A program made the position numbers and the translations under genes. From positions 32,322 through 96,321 of the forward strand of contig JAKMXF010000017.1 in the NCBI GenBank assembly GCA_024704765.1: a DNA stretch of 64,000 nucleotides, read 5' to 3'. Positions 13,401 to 25,889 of the stretch are shown here, piece by piece. Under the pieces are notes generated by a model. That model searched no databases. It was not told where the DNA came from and saw only the letters and a program-made list of their open reading frames with translations. Position 1 is the stretch's first letter. Every line of letters starts with the position of its first letter. The DNA comes from Oopsacas minuta. Lineage: Eukaryota; Animalia; Porifera.

Positions 13401-16400
13401 CATTTGATCGAATGGTTATTCGTTCTGGAGATGGAAACATTGGATTGTTAGCATCGCTAAAAGTATTGCTGTATCCTTCATAGCTGATTGTTAGAGTAGC
13501 AGTGTCTAAAATAATGGTAATTAATTTTGAGTTTGATCTTACCAATTGGTGACCACCTTTGTTAGCATTAGTTTAATAGCAAGGGTGATTTTTCAGGATA
13601 TTTTGAAAAGTGAACTTTCGATGCTATATAGCGTATTCTCATACTAAATGGTGTTCAACGCCCGTTAGACAAACCCTGTTAAATTATACGAATGATAAAA
13701 AAATTAGTGTTAGTACTTAATAATAATTGCATATTTGTGATATATCATATAAATCTGATCATACAATCGTACGGATTTCTGAGAAGATATATTGGAGTTA
13801 GCAACTGTAATCACTTGATATGGATAAAACACTTTTCAAAGTTTGGAATTGAACCCTAAACAATACTGCAATCGGAGATAAGGTACCCCTAATCTTTGAA
13901 TGGAGTTGTACCTCATTGGTTCGAATTATTTAAACGAGCATGCTTCCTTCTCTACACTATTCGTTCCTTTATATTCTTTTCTAATAATATTACAACACTT
14001 CATTTACTAATGGAATGCATTACCTTCTTCTTACAATTTTCAAGGGAGCTCACTCCAATTGTGCTCCCATATTATTCTTCCAGAGAATTGTATTCTAGAT
14101 TGTGAGCATCCGTTTGTATTGAATTGGACTATTGTACACACCAAAAATGCTCAGAAATAGAAACTTAAAATCATATATATATATCAACAGTAATATTTTG
14201 TTACCTCTTATAGCTATTTGAAGACTTCCTAACAGAGTTACAGGACTCATTCTATAGAAACAACTCAATGTCTGTACACCTGCTCCAACATCAGAGAATA
14301 TTATACTCAAATCTATAGGATTTGTATACTCATTGCTATATTCTTGAGTATCACCATTAGATATTGTGTCTGTAGTCCAGCGTAACGAGCTGTCTGAAAT
14401 ATCAGATACAGAGTAGTATAGCATTGAAGTAGTAGATCCAACAGTGTAGTCAATCTGTTGTGATGGATTATCAAGACTTGTTACTGAGACTACAAATTCA
14501 CACATAGTTACTATAGGTGAATCTACACATCTTGAGAAATATTTGTTAACCAAACTTACTCAAATAACTGCTGTTTACAACATATACAGAGTATACACTA
14601 TCTGTATTGATGATACAGCTATAATATCCATGTTGATTAGAACTAATATTCAAGCTACTGATCCCTGTATCAGTAGATAATCTTGAGAGAGAAGTCTTAT
14701 TAATTTCCTCGTTATCTATCAGAGATCTGTAGTACCACTCTACTCCATAAATTGGATTTGAAACAGTACAGCTTATCGTTATAGCATCTTCAGTAGGTGA
14801 TAGTACTGATCCGTTCTGTATTATTCCTTCTGTCAATGTTGAGATGAAATTGGGAGTTGTATAACCTGAGAATTTTGGTTTATAGAATACCATATTACCC
14901 CCAAATAATAGCCTGAGCGATTATTCACTTCAAGCCCACTTGAAAGGTAAGTTTCGATGTTATAAACACGAATTTGATATAACCATAACTATGTGCTTGC
15001 ATTATGTCCATTTATTCATGGATATCTAGATTCTAGAATAATGATATCCATTATTTATCCTAACAAACAGTAGATTGATCAAAATGTAGGGGAAATATTT
15101 TCAAATACCACCATACGTATAAGGGAACGGTGTTCCCCCTAAGTACACCCCTGACTTTAATCAGTTATTATTATTTTGGAGCCTCAGGGGGATTATTCGA
15201 GGTAATTCGGTACGTAAATTATCCTTACATTACATATATCTTATATTTTGTAGGAAATTTGTGGTTCTGTAGTAGCAATTACAGGATACGTTGATAAAGG
15301 TCAGAAGAATAGGACCAGAAATATGTATGAATGGTTCTATAATTTTGAGGGTATTTAAATTTTTATATAGAGCTTGACTACAATATCTCTTATTTATATT
15401 TAAATTTACTTGCCGCGCGACAGCTTAGGGCCTCAGGTTAGCTTAAATATTAAACAGCTACATTTCTTGATGCTTTCAGCCGCTACACGAGGGGATATAT
15501 TCAGCCACGTGGGGGTTAATATTTATGGAAATTTTAATGTATATTATCCATGCTCCGTGCAAATTCCATTTAATGGACTTCTGTGGTCATTAAAAGGAAT
15601 TACGGAGCATGGAATACTGGAATTCGTATTCCGTGAATTCGAGGTACGTTTTTCCGAATCTATTCTGTCGCATAGCGACCAATAACACTATAAAATTTTG
15701 CTGTTAATTAATACTTTAAGCTAACTTGGAGCACTAAGCTGTCGCGCAGCAACCTAGCAAGCGAAGCGCACATATATTAAATGTGTTTTATAGTAAGATT
15801 TTTGATATTCTTTAGTGAGGAAATTTATTGGTCAACAAGAAAAATAAGATGAGTAACCAATATAAATACACAGAAAATGATCTAGTGGTTAGTAAACACC
15901 CTCCACAAACCTGCACTGTTTTTGCAAGTTAGAAATCCTTAATATGCTGCCTATATATATTTCTAATACCTGTGATATAATTATGACTTCTCCTACAAAT
16001 GAAATTATTCAATCTGTTAGCACAGTTAACATTCTTCCACTTTCCATCAGTCTTCATTACAACACAACTTCCTGAATTAAAGTCCTTAGGTGCATTTGAT
16101 AAATAGTTTGTGTAGCTTACTTGTGTTCCATCAATCCAGTTAAAACTCTCATCTCCATTCTCATCATACAATCCAATCCAGTATTTGCTGATTGTATCAG
16201 GGACAATAGTGTATAGGAAGTTATTCACTCGTTCTGAGGGAATACTAGTCAAGTCACCACCCCATACACTACAAGTAGACTGAGCATCAAACCAACTGAT
16301 CCCATCAGTATGCTCAAATGCTCTATAACAAGTCTCTTCATATATGAGATCACATCCATTAGAGGTAGCTATTTTCAATAAAACATGGTTTACTGACAGT

Positions 16401-19400
16401 AAATATTTATAGATTTAATGAATTCATAACTACCAATTCAATATATCATAGAAAATTAACTTCCACGGAATTAAAACGAATTGTTAAATTGGCGTGAATT
16501 CATTGTCATTGGCGTTTTCATGACATTAATTCCTGTACAGTTTATTTCGATCAGTTATAATTCCAATACAGTCCTAACATGAATTTGCAAAACCACAAAC
16601 TAAATATTTGCCATCTGCAACTGGGTTGTGTTCGATAATTCCTTCTCCAATTCGCGTTAATTCATGGAGCATTGATTTCCCATAATACATTTTGAGGTAG
16701 TTTCCAACTTGATTTAGCAAATTACAAACCATGTACATAATACAATAGTATAAGTCAAAGTATTCATATATTCAATATTACTTACCTAACTTCTGACAAT
16801 AGTAAGAGAATACAGCTGCATCACAATTTCTATCATGCCATCCATTTGACAATCCATTCAGTCTGTTGTATCTAAAACTAACACAATCACTTTCTACTGT
16901 CTCTGCACGAGGATACACTTCTGATTCTGGAGATGTAGCAAATTGTCTGTAATTATTGTCGTTACCATCTACCCATACAAATAGATTCGAGTTAGTATTA
17001 GCCTCATTAGTTCTGTCATTCAAACCTATCCAACTAGCAAAATATAAATTAATATCTGTTAGATAATACAATAATGTATCTTCTTGTTGAGACTTGATTG
17101 TAGTGAGATTTCCTCCCCAACTGATACAGCTATCTTGAGCTGCTGTCCAAGATATTTTAGGAAAAGTAGTGAATATTGCAAATGTAGAATCATCATATGT
17201 AAGATTCCTCATCACGTCTAATTCTATAACAGAATATAATTAAAGATCATTCTAACAGGGAAATTTGGTTGTGCAAACAAATATCCAAACAACATAATTG
17301 CTGCTGGAATAATAAATGCAGCAATCTAGCTAGGTTTGCTGAATGATTTGTAAATAGCTAAATTAGTTGCTGATTAGAGACCTGCCACGCTTTAATTGGT
17401 CTGGCATAGTAATATCTGGTGTCTCTATTATTCATACATGTACAATACTTACATCAATACTGTACACAACTACACATAATTACCTGTAATATCATTTGAG
17501 TCTCTTTTACAAATAAAATCATTCATATTATCACAGTCATAATTATTCCATTTTCCATCAGTCTCCATTGCAATACAACTCATTGAATTAAAGTTATTAG
17601 GCGCATTTGATACATAGTTTGTGTAGCTTACTTGTGTTCCATCAATCCAGTTAAAACTCTCATCTCCATTGTCATCATACAATCCAATCCAGTATTTATT
17701 AGTTGTATCAAGGACAATAGTGTATAGGAAGTTATTCATTCGTTCTGATGGAACACTAGTCAAATCACCACCCCATACACTACAAGTAGACTGAGCATCA
17801 AACCAACTGATTCCATCATCAGATTCTTCAAACACTTGATAACAAAATCCTTCATATATTATATCACATCCATTGGAAGTAGCTGGAAGATGGAGTAAAA
17901 TTATATGTATATCATATTAGATTTCTAGAAAAGGATGATTGTTAGCATTTTTATTCAAATTTATTTTCTGTAATAGGTACCACATTATAATTACATTAGG
18001 GGCGGTTCAAACGTTAAGTAATGTAAATTCCATAAATATTTACCTCCCAATCCTGTGTCACGCTTTTTTACCGTTTTGTTATGCAAAAAGAATGGGGATG
18101 TCACATTTCGCATACCACCCCCTCCCCTTGTAGCGCTAGGTAAAGTGGAACCTGGAGCACGCTCCATTTTTTAAGGAGGGAACACACTGGCACTCGTTCC
18201 TATTTAATTGCAAACAATTTACAAATTTCATCTGGCATTCTGCATAAAATTCAAGTATTTTTGCTATAAAAAGTGAATGAAGGGACACTTTTGTATAAAT
18301 CACAAATTATTGAAATGGTTTGAAGTTGCATAAACAGTAATTTCTCGAATATTAAATTCCTGATCACTTAAAATGCAAATCTAATGTAAATCTAAAAGAA
18401 GGAATTGGAGCCCAATTGGAGTACGCTCCAAATTTGAGCAACAGTTAATACTCTACTAGTTTTGGAATGGTTTACTATCAATTCTACTCACCAAACTTCT
18501 GACAATAGTAAGAGAATACAGCTGCATCACAATTTCTATCATGCCATCCATTTGACAATCCATTCAGTCTGTTGTATCTAAAACTAACACAATCACTTTC
18601 TTCTGTCTCTGCACGAGGATATACCTCTGATTCTGGAGATGTAGCAAATTGTCTGTAATTATTGTCGTTACCATCTACCCATACAAATAGATTCGAGTTA
18701 GTATTAGCCTCATTAGTTCTGTCATTCAAACCTATCCAACTAGCAAAATATGGATCTATATCTGTTAGATAATACAATAATGTATCTTCTTGTTGAGATT
18801 TGATTGTAGTGAGATTTCCTCCCCAACTGATACAGCTATCTTGAGCTGCTGTCCAAGATATTTTAGGAAAAGTAGTGAATATTGCAAATGTAGAATCATC
18901 ATATGTAAGTTCTCTCAAAAGACCATAAACTATGATAGACGGATAAGTAGAAAATATCGAATTTGTGTGTAATTTGTAGTTGAAAACATGGAATACATTA
19001 TTGACTATCCTCTTAGGTAGTGTTTGCAATCCCCAAGTGTATTTTCTAATCCTGAGATTAAGGATTGATTCGATGCTCAGTCCCGGGGATATTGCACTAA
19101 ATACTATATGCTTACACTAGTATAATTAAATCAATTGCAAAAATCTAATTTAATCTATACGCGCCTTTGGCTCGTCGCTTTGCGATGAACTCGGCGCATT
19201 GCGCCTCGAGATTTCCATTATTCTCCAAATTGACGGCCCCTTTGAGTATTATAATATAGATATATATATATAGAACAATGTAATTCACAAATATACGTAT
19301 ATAGCATAATATTATTGAATTATTTTGTAAGATCAACACCCTTCGTTGCCGTTGAGAGAAAGTATCTATGTAAATTTTGAGATTTTGTAAATTTGTTTCC

Positions 19401-21608
19401 TTTATATTCATAAAAAATAAATTTACATATAAGAACCTTGAAAATTCGAAATTCGGATTTCAGCGTTAGTTACCCCTGTGTAGCCGTTTAGAACAAGCCT
19501 ATTCATAAAAACAACAATATTTTACATATCAACGGACAAACAAATAGCCAAACAACAATTGAGATTTAGTAATATAGATGCCGTTTACAATATCATATTT
19601 GGACACAGCATACTCGATTACCCCAATATGGTCGTTGAAAGTATGATTCTACCTCATTTTTGAAAATTGTTTACTTTATGTACCTGAAAGTAAACAAATA
19701 TTCACAAAATGTTGTTTACAATATCATATTAGCACTCAGCATACACGATTACCTCAGCATAACCATTGAAAACATGTTTCTACACCAATTTTTTGTATTG
19801 AATTCCGGGATCCAATCCAAAAGAAACTGTATCTGGATCCCGGAATACCGGAATTGCAAACACTATTCTTATGAGTCGCTCAACGTTACTTAACGCAAAA
19901 CTCACCAAAATTTGACCTCAGTATTACGCTTTTCGCAATACGAAATGAATGGGACTGTCACGCTATTTACACTACCCTTCTAGGTAAGGTTTGACGTTTC
20001 AATAAGTATTCAGAGATACTCAGAATTTCATAATCTAAAACTATATTTTGCATTCTCTTATTCTGTTCTATGCAGCTATTGTAAAAGGTACATATCTAAC
20101 CACTTCACTTATGCGCGCCGTGTCGTAAGCTTTCGTCCTGTTTCCCTTAGTAAGGACCGTAATTTAGCCTGTAAATCTGACACTAAAAGCTCAAGGTAAA
20201 CTCAGGGTAGACCTATGGTGCCGCTCGGACCTTTCCTTGTCACATGGTGGGTTATGACGCCTATAACTCCACTTGACACTCTGGACGAAGAATAAACAAA
20301 TACATTACAGGTGAAAATAATGAGTAAAGACTCTTTTTGAATAGCTGTTTGTTGCAAGAAATTATAATGACGAAATTTCCGAATATTATCTGAGACAACA
20401 TTTTCATGCGACAGAATTTCGTAAAAAACTTTCTGCCATTATTTGAAAAGCTAGAAATTAAGTTCTTGATAGAAATACCTGCAATGAAATTTGAGTTCCT
20501 CCTGCATATATAATTGTTGATATCATCACCACAGTCATAATTATTCCATTTTCCATCAGTTTCCATTGTAATACAACTCATTGAGTTAAAGTCATTAGGT
20601 GCATTTGATACATAGTTTGTGTATCTTACTTGTGTTCCATCAATCCAGTTAAAACTCTCATCTCCATTGTCATCATACAATCCAATCCAGTATTTACTAG
20701 TTGGATCAGGGACAATAGTGTACAGGAAGTTATTCACTCGCTTTAAGGGCACACTAGTCAAGTCACCACCCCATACACTACAAGTAGACTGAGCATCATA
20801 CCAGCTGATTCCTTCAGATGCTGTAAATATTTGATAGCAGAAGTTTTCATATATTAAATCACATCCATTTGAGATTCCTATAGAATAGTAATTATAGTTA
20901 ATGCATGAAGTGTTATACATTGTAATGAGAGTCCCAGATGATGGCTGGTAGTTTATTGAATAGGTATTCTGTATATTGTATATTGAAGTTATTAAGAATT
21001 CAATTTACCTGGTCTTTGACAGAAGTAGGAAAATACAGTTGAGCCATCACCACAATGTCTATCATGCCACCCATTCGATAATCCTTGTCCTCTTCTGTAT
21101 CTAAAACTAACACAATCAGAATTGTCATTAGTAGCACGAGGATATGCTTCTTCTTCTGGAGCTGTAGCAAATTGTCTGTAGGTACTATCACTACCATCTT
21201 CCCACCTAAAACTATTCGCGTCAGTACCAGCTTCATTCCCCATTCCTCTATCATTCAAACCTATCCAACTAGCAAAATATTCATTAATATTTGTTAGATA
21301 ATAGAATAATGTATCTTCTTGTTTAGACTTGATTGTAGCGAGATTTCCTCCCCAGTTCTTACAAACATCTCTAGCATCTGTCCATGATATATGAGTATCA
21401 TTTGAACCTACTATTGTAGTGAAGATTGCAAAAGTAGAGTTGTTGAATGTTATTTCTCTGACTGGATCTTGTGCTAATAATATTTTTTAGTTATCAAACA
21501 TTCATGAACACATACATACGGTTCAAGTTTTAATATACCTGTTTGTATCTGAATGAAAGAACATATGATTACACAGATTATTCTCACTGCGTATAACCAA
21601 GTTTTCAT
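10432..21608 (-). CDS. Receptor-type protein tyrosine phosphatase: signal peptide, 6 C-type lectin domains, 2 Ig-like domains, TM, PTP D1 + D2 (copy A)
   Basis: Deduced exons: 21539-21608 (signal MKTWLYAVRIICVIICSFIQIQT), 21009-21473, 20479-20877, 18492-18929, 17484-17882, 16786-17217/17223, 15970-16368, 14560-14865, 14205-14522, 11167-13556, and a probable last exon ~10432-10548. D1 has WPD, VHCSAGVGRTG and the QT..QY loop; D2 has the degenerate HCEDGAGKS. TM is LVVYIVAPIVIIIAMLMLIIIVIFVVWLIMY. Confidence 0.88.
15410..15752. mobile_element. Unclassified MITE with ~45-bp TIRs
   Basis: TTGCCGCGCGACAGCTTAGGGCCTCAGGTTAGCTTAAA versus reverse complement TTGCTGCGCGACAGCTTAGTGCTCCAAGTTAGCTTAAA. Confidence 0.8.
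19150..19578. mobile_element. Non-autonomous Helitron/Helentron-like repeat; related copy at ~53480-54387
   Basis: GC-rich hairpin-like start. The 3' end 'caacggacaaacaaa..caaacaacaattgagattta.taatatagat' is shared with 54338-54387. The superfamily assignment is inferred from end structure only. Confidence 0.45.
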
Positions 21609-22674
21609 GTCGAATTCAACCTTAGTTTCCAATGAATATAATAAATAACCCTAACACTCTAGGAATACTTTATAGGTTGTTATTTTTATAGGAATTTTTA
21701 TGAAAGAAATTTGATATACTTTTGTAAGGTAATCTGCACATTATATCGTACTTGTCTGTCAGTTTATGTAATCCCTAATATGCTAGTACATAGAATGACA
21801 CAAATTGGATATTAATAATTGGCCGCTTGAATTGTGTAATATTACTTCTGCATTTTATCACTAATATTAAGATGATTATAAACTTACGTATAGATTCTCG
21901 TAATGTATATTGTAATGCTATTATTATGTCTAAAGGAATAAGAAATACGTTAGATATATATCGGATAATTTAATTAATTTATCCTATGTCTGAATCAACT
22001 GTAATAATCATTAGTGTAGATGGGAGCAACACTAACTCTTAGGAGAAAAAATAAATTTCCAATTCGGCAAATTAGTGAGGAAGGATTAGAAATTTCCGAT
22101 AATTAAAGAAGTTTCAAGAAGTTCCTACTACATAGTGCATGCTTGATCTGCCAACAGATACAAATGTTGTAAATTCAGTGCTTGAATAGCTTCAATTAAT
22201 TCTATAACGTTAGGAATTTCAGTAACTTGTAAGTATAAATATTTTGAATGATAGTAATCTCGTTCAGTAACTTTCTTTCTATGGACCTTCACTATCGTAT
22301 GTATGAGATCCTTTTGTTTTGGTCAATACATGGTAATTATTTGAATTTTTAGTACAGCTCCTATAGGGAGATACCCTAATGGCATGAACGATGTGCGACG
22401 TCCATACGTCCGTCCACGCGACCGCGCGAAATCCTGCATCCAATTAACATGAGAATTGTCATCCATATACATTTTGGTTAGAAGATTTGTACCTCGTGGT
22501 ATGAACTATTTTTGTGTACTTCATGTACACTGTAATTACAGTTCATAAATAAAATTCATTACACCATAAAATACATATTGAGTATAGTACTACTCATGGA
22601 CATAACAAAACAATTTATCTATCCTCTCAGATACCAAACGCAGTTTCTATTATATCCAACAAATGGAAACGTAA

Positions 22675-23826
22675 TCAAGAATGAGATTGAGACCTAAAGT
22701 CTTGAATAAAGGGAGGTCTTTGTTGATAATTCCTGTTTGAAACATCGAAGGTAGTCCTGTAATCTTCCATTAATGGCTGAATTAACCTTTCGTTTATATT
22801 TTTGTATTTATTCCTCTTCCCTATTACCTTTACTATTATTCCAATGCAAACAAGTAAGTATGCCAAAGAAAGTAACAAGACAAACGCGACCATCAGAATC
22901 ATTTGAACCATTCCATTGATACTGTACATAGAAAATATGACAGTTTCGTATTCATTGGGTAAATGTATTTTCGGGAATAGACCAAATGAGACAGAATTGA
23001 TGAAGTTTGGATAGAATAATACTATTACCATTCCTGATTGAAGGAAAATTGTAAAGAAATTTGATAGTAATATTAGAAAGCAGAATACTGTGAAACATTG
23101 TGTGTATAGAAACTGTGTGGCAATCCTGCGCTGTATTTTGTAATCAATTAGTGTTGAGTGCCAACGAGCTTCCTCACTTCTACCTTTCAATAAGCGATAG
23201 AAACTTCGAGTACACGAGATATAGATGAAGAAATCCACCAGACCGATAGGTAAATAAAATATCTGTAGCTGATATACTGACTCGTTAATACACGACAACA
23301 GTAGTAAGATGATTAATCGGACAGAAATACAAATACTGTAACATTTTATCCATTTTGTATATGGAATGTTGAGATATGCTCTCCTCAGGACAATTAAGAA
23401 TAAGCATCCAATCGCTGGTAGGATACTAACTGAAATGATAAATATATTGTATGCAGCAATTTCGATTTGATTAATGGGCTGGTAGGTTTTGGAATTAGAG
23501 AGAATTTTCACGTTTATCGATCTATTGCCATATAATATTATGTCCAAGTTTATACCAATAATATGAATCCCCGCGAATAAATTGCTTGCCATTTCTACTC
23601 CAGATATAATCAGTAGGAAAGTAAATATCATTGATTCTATCTTGAGGTTCTGTTTCACTTTAGAGAGGTCAATATTAAAAATTGTAGTTAAAGGAACATT
23701 TCTAATTTCTTTCTGGACTTTAAATCGTCGATAGGCTAAGTAACTGATGACAAATGACATCATGATAATATGCGGCAGCATGAAGAGAGGGCTTAGTAGA
23801 TCGATTATACGGAGAGATTTAGCCAT
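22675..23826 (-). CDS. Orphan seven-transmembrane protein (383 aa)
   Basis: Uninterrupted ORF with about 7 hydrophobic segments. No recognisable GPCR class motif. Confidence 0.75.
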   Translation of the reverse strand: MAKSLRIIDLLSPLFMLPHIIMMSFVISYLAYRRFKVQKEIRNVPLTTIFNIDLSKVKQNLKIESMIFTFLLIISGVEMASNLFAGIHIIGINLDIILYGNRSINVKILSNSKTYQPINQIEIAAYNIFIISVSILPAIGCLFLIVLRRAYLNIPYTKWIKCYSICISVRLIILLLLSCINESVYQLQIFYLPIGLVDFFIYISCTRSFYRLLKGRSEEARWHSTLIDYKIQRRIATQFLYTQCFTVFCFLILLSNFFTIFLQSGMVIVLFYPNFINSVSFGLFPKIHLPNEYETVIFSMYSINGMVQMILMVAFVLLLSLAYLLVCIGIIVKVIGKRNKYKNINERLIQPLMEDYRTTFDVSNRNYQQRPPFIQDFRSQSHS

Positions 23827-24365
23827 TGTAAGTCGTATCTAAATTGTGTTTTACATTGCGAATAATACTATCTTTATATAGTAATTTTAACCAAACACAA
23901 TATTGAAATTATTGCATATACTTCTATTAGTATATTTCCCTGAAGCTATAATATGCTGACTATGAATCTGAGTAAATCTTTTAACTTTCTGTAGTAAATT
24001 GCATTATTTATTTGTCATACTGAAATAAATGTAATTATATCTGAAATCGATTGTAAGCTTGTTGTGATTATGAAAGTGTATATAGCATCACTCTTCAATG
24101 GTGTAATGAATTAATCATATTACCATCTATAATTTGTACATTAAGCTAATCATTTGTTATAAGTAGTATATCACATAAATATACTAATAGTAAACATATA
24201 CAAAATATTGTATACTAATAAATTAATAGAATTGATGAGTAATGATATTCTGTATACCGATATAGTAGAACTACTACTTGAGTCGTTTAATGATTGAAAA
24301 GTCTTCAATCATTAAATTACCTCTCAGAATTAAGGTTTATAATGTCAAACTCACTTAATATACTA

Positions 24366-24485
24366 CATGACCGGCGGAGCCGGTACGGCATATGCGGCCA
24401 TTGCCGGACCAATTTCGTCATGGCCTAGCCAATTCCTATTGCCAGAACGGGCCGGACCAATAAAAATTTGCTTCCGACCGGCCTG
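24366..24485. mobile_element. Small GC-rich hAT-like MITE
   Basis: Imperfect inverted ends catgaccggcggagc...cttccgaccggcctg in an otherwise AT-rich region. No TSD. Confidence 0.45.
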
Positions 24486-24491
24486 TACCAT

Positions 24492-24957
24492 ATCTACTAA
24501 GCCCTCTCTTCATGCTGCTGCATATTATCATGATGTCATTTGTCATCAGTTACTTAGCCTATCGACGATTTAAAGTCCAGAAAGAAATTAGAAATGTTCC
24601 TTTAACTACAATTTTTAACATTGACCTCTCTAAAGTGAAACAGAACCTCAAGATAGAATCAATGATATTTACTTTCCTACTGATTATATCTGGAGTAGAA
24701 ATGGCAAGCAATTTATTCGCGGGGATTCATATTATTGGTATAAACTTGGACATAATATTATATGGCAATAGATCTCTCTAATTCCAAAACCTACCAGCCC
24801 ATTAATCAAATCGAAATTGCTGCATACAATATATTTATTATTTCAGTTAGTATCCTACCAACGATTGTATGCTTATTCTTAATGTTTCAAACAGGGATTA
24901 TCAATAAAGACCTCCCTTTATTCAAGACTTTAAGTCTCATTTTCATTCTTGATTACC
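24492..24957 (+). pseudogene. Inverted, internally deleted copy of the 7TM gene
   Basis: Near-identical to 22670-23802 in reverse complement, with a 17-bp and a ~650-bp internal deletion. Confidence 0.9.
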
Positions 24958-24993
24958 CTTTCTGATATTTTATACCAGGGCCGTAGCTAGGGG

Positions 24994-25463
24994 CAGAGCC
25001 GGATTAAGCAGTTTCGAGGCCCTGGGCTAAATATTCAATGAGGCCCTCGAACCCTTTTACCCCTAAAATTTATACAAGAGGAAATTTGTTAAATGTATTT
25101 CACTAAAGTTTTGTAGAATTCATTATAGTATAAATTGCATGACAGCCATCAAAAATTAACTTGTCGAGACTTCATTTCAACAAATGTCCTTAGTACATCC
25201 TCAAATTCAACTTTTTTGAGTAGTTCGCTTTCAATTGACATGAGAGATAGGTAATTAAGTCTTTCCTGTTTCATACAAGTTCTCTTTTCATTTAAAATAA
25301 GTTTCAGCTTTGAAAATGAGTGCTCTGCTGTTGCATTAGTTATCATCATGACAAATATATGCGCATCATAATTTCGACATTATGATGCGTGAGACACAGC
25401 TCAATTTGGGGGCCTTAGAGGCTGGGGCCCTGAGGCCTGTGTCCCATGGTTAATCGGGCACTG
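24994..25463 (-). mobile_element. Deleted hAT element containing the C-terminal dimerisation-domain fragment
   Basis: Imperfect TIRs CAGAGCCGGATTAAGC / CAGTGCCCGATTAACC. ORF 25149-25349 (TNATAEHSFSKLKLILNEKRTCMKQERLNYLSLMSIE) matches the hAT dimerisation motif. No TSD. Confidence 0.8.
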
Positions 25464-25889
25464 CGAATACCTTAACTGGAATTCAGGGGCACCTGGGCTG
25501 CAGCCAAGTTAGCCCATTGGAAAATCTGGCCTTGCTTGATCCATGTCCCTAGTAACAAGTCTCCATCGACCTCTCTCTCTCTCTATCAGGATTGTGTTCA
25601 TATTAGTGAACACAATCCTGATGATAGAGACAACAGACTTTTGATAATTCCAATTATTGGAAGAATAACTAAATTGGAACTGAAACTAACCAGAAGACAC
25701 CTGCACTACATACACTAATTGTGTAATTGTATAACAGACATAACTCTAACCAAGAAACATCCCTAAATTTACAGGACTTACTATAGCAACCATTGACGTA
25801 CATTGGTATTCTCAAGTTACACAAGTATAAGATAGAGTCTGTAATAATTCAAAATATTATTTCTAACAAACCCAAATCTAAACAATAAA

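Noticed and set aside
20100-20300. Possible LTR/PBS (tggtgccgctcggacc)
   Set aside because: Only a partial tRNA-like match; no paired LTR, TG..CA ends or pol sequence.
4409-21473. CRISPR-like or satellite interpretation of the repeated ~400-bp units
   Set aside because: They are spliceable C-type lectin exons, not repeat-spacer arrays.
2895-21608. V(D)J-like rearrangement of lectin exons by the nearby RAG1-like transposase
   Set aside because: I found no heptamer plus ATGTGGAAATAGG-type signals flanking the CTL or Ig exons by eye. The CACAGTG hits at ~11304 and ~29694 lie inside coding sequence with no second block. A motif scan would be needed to exclude weak sites.
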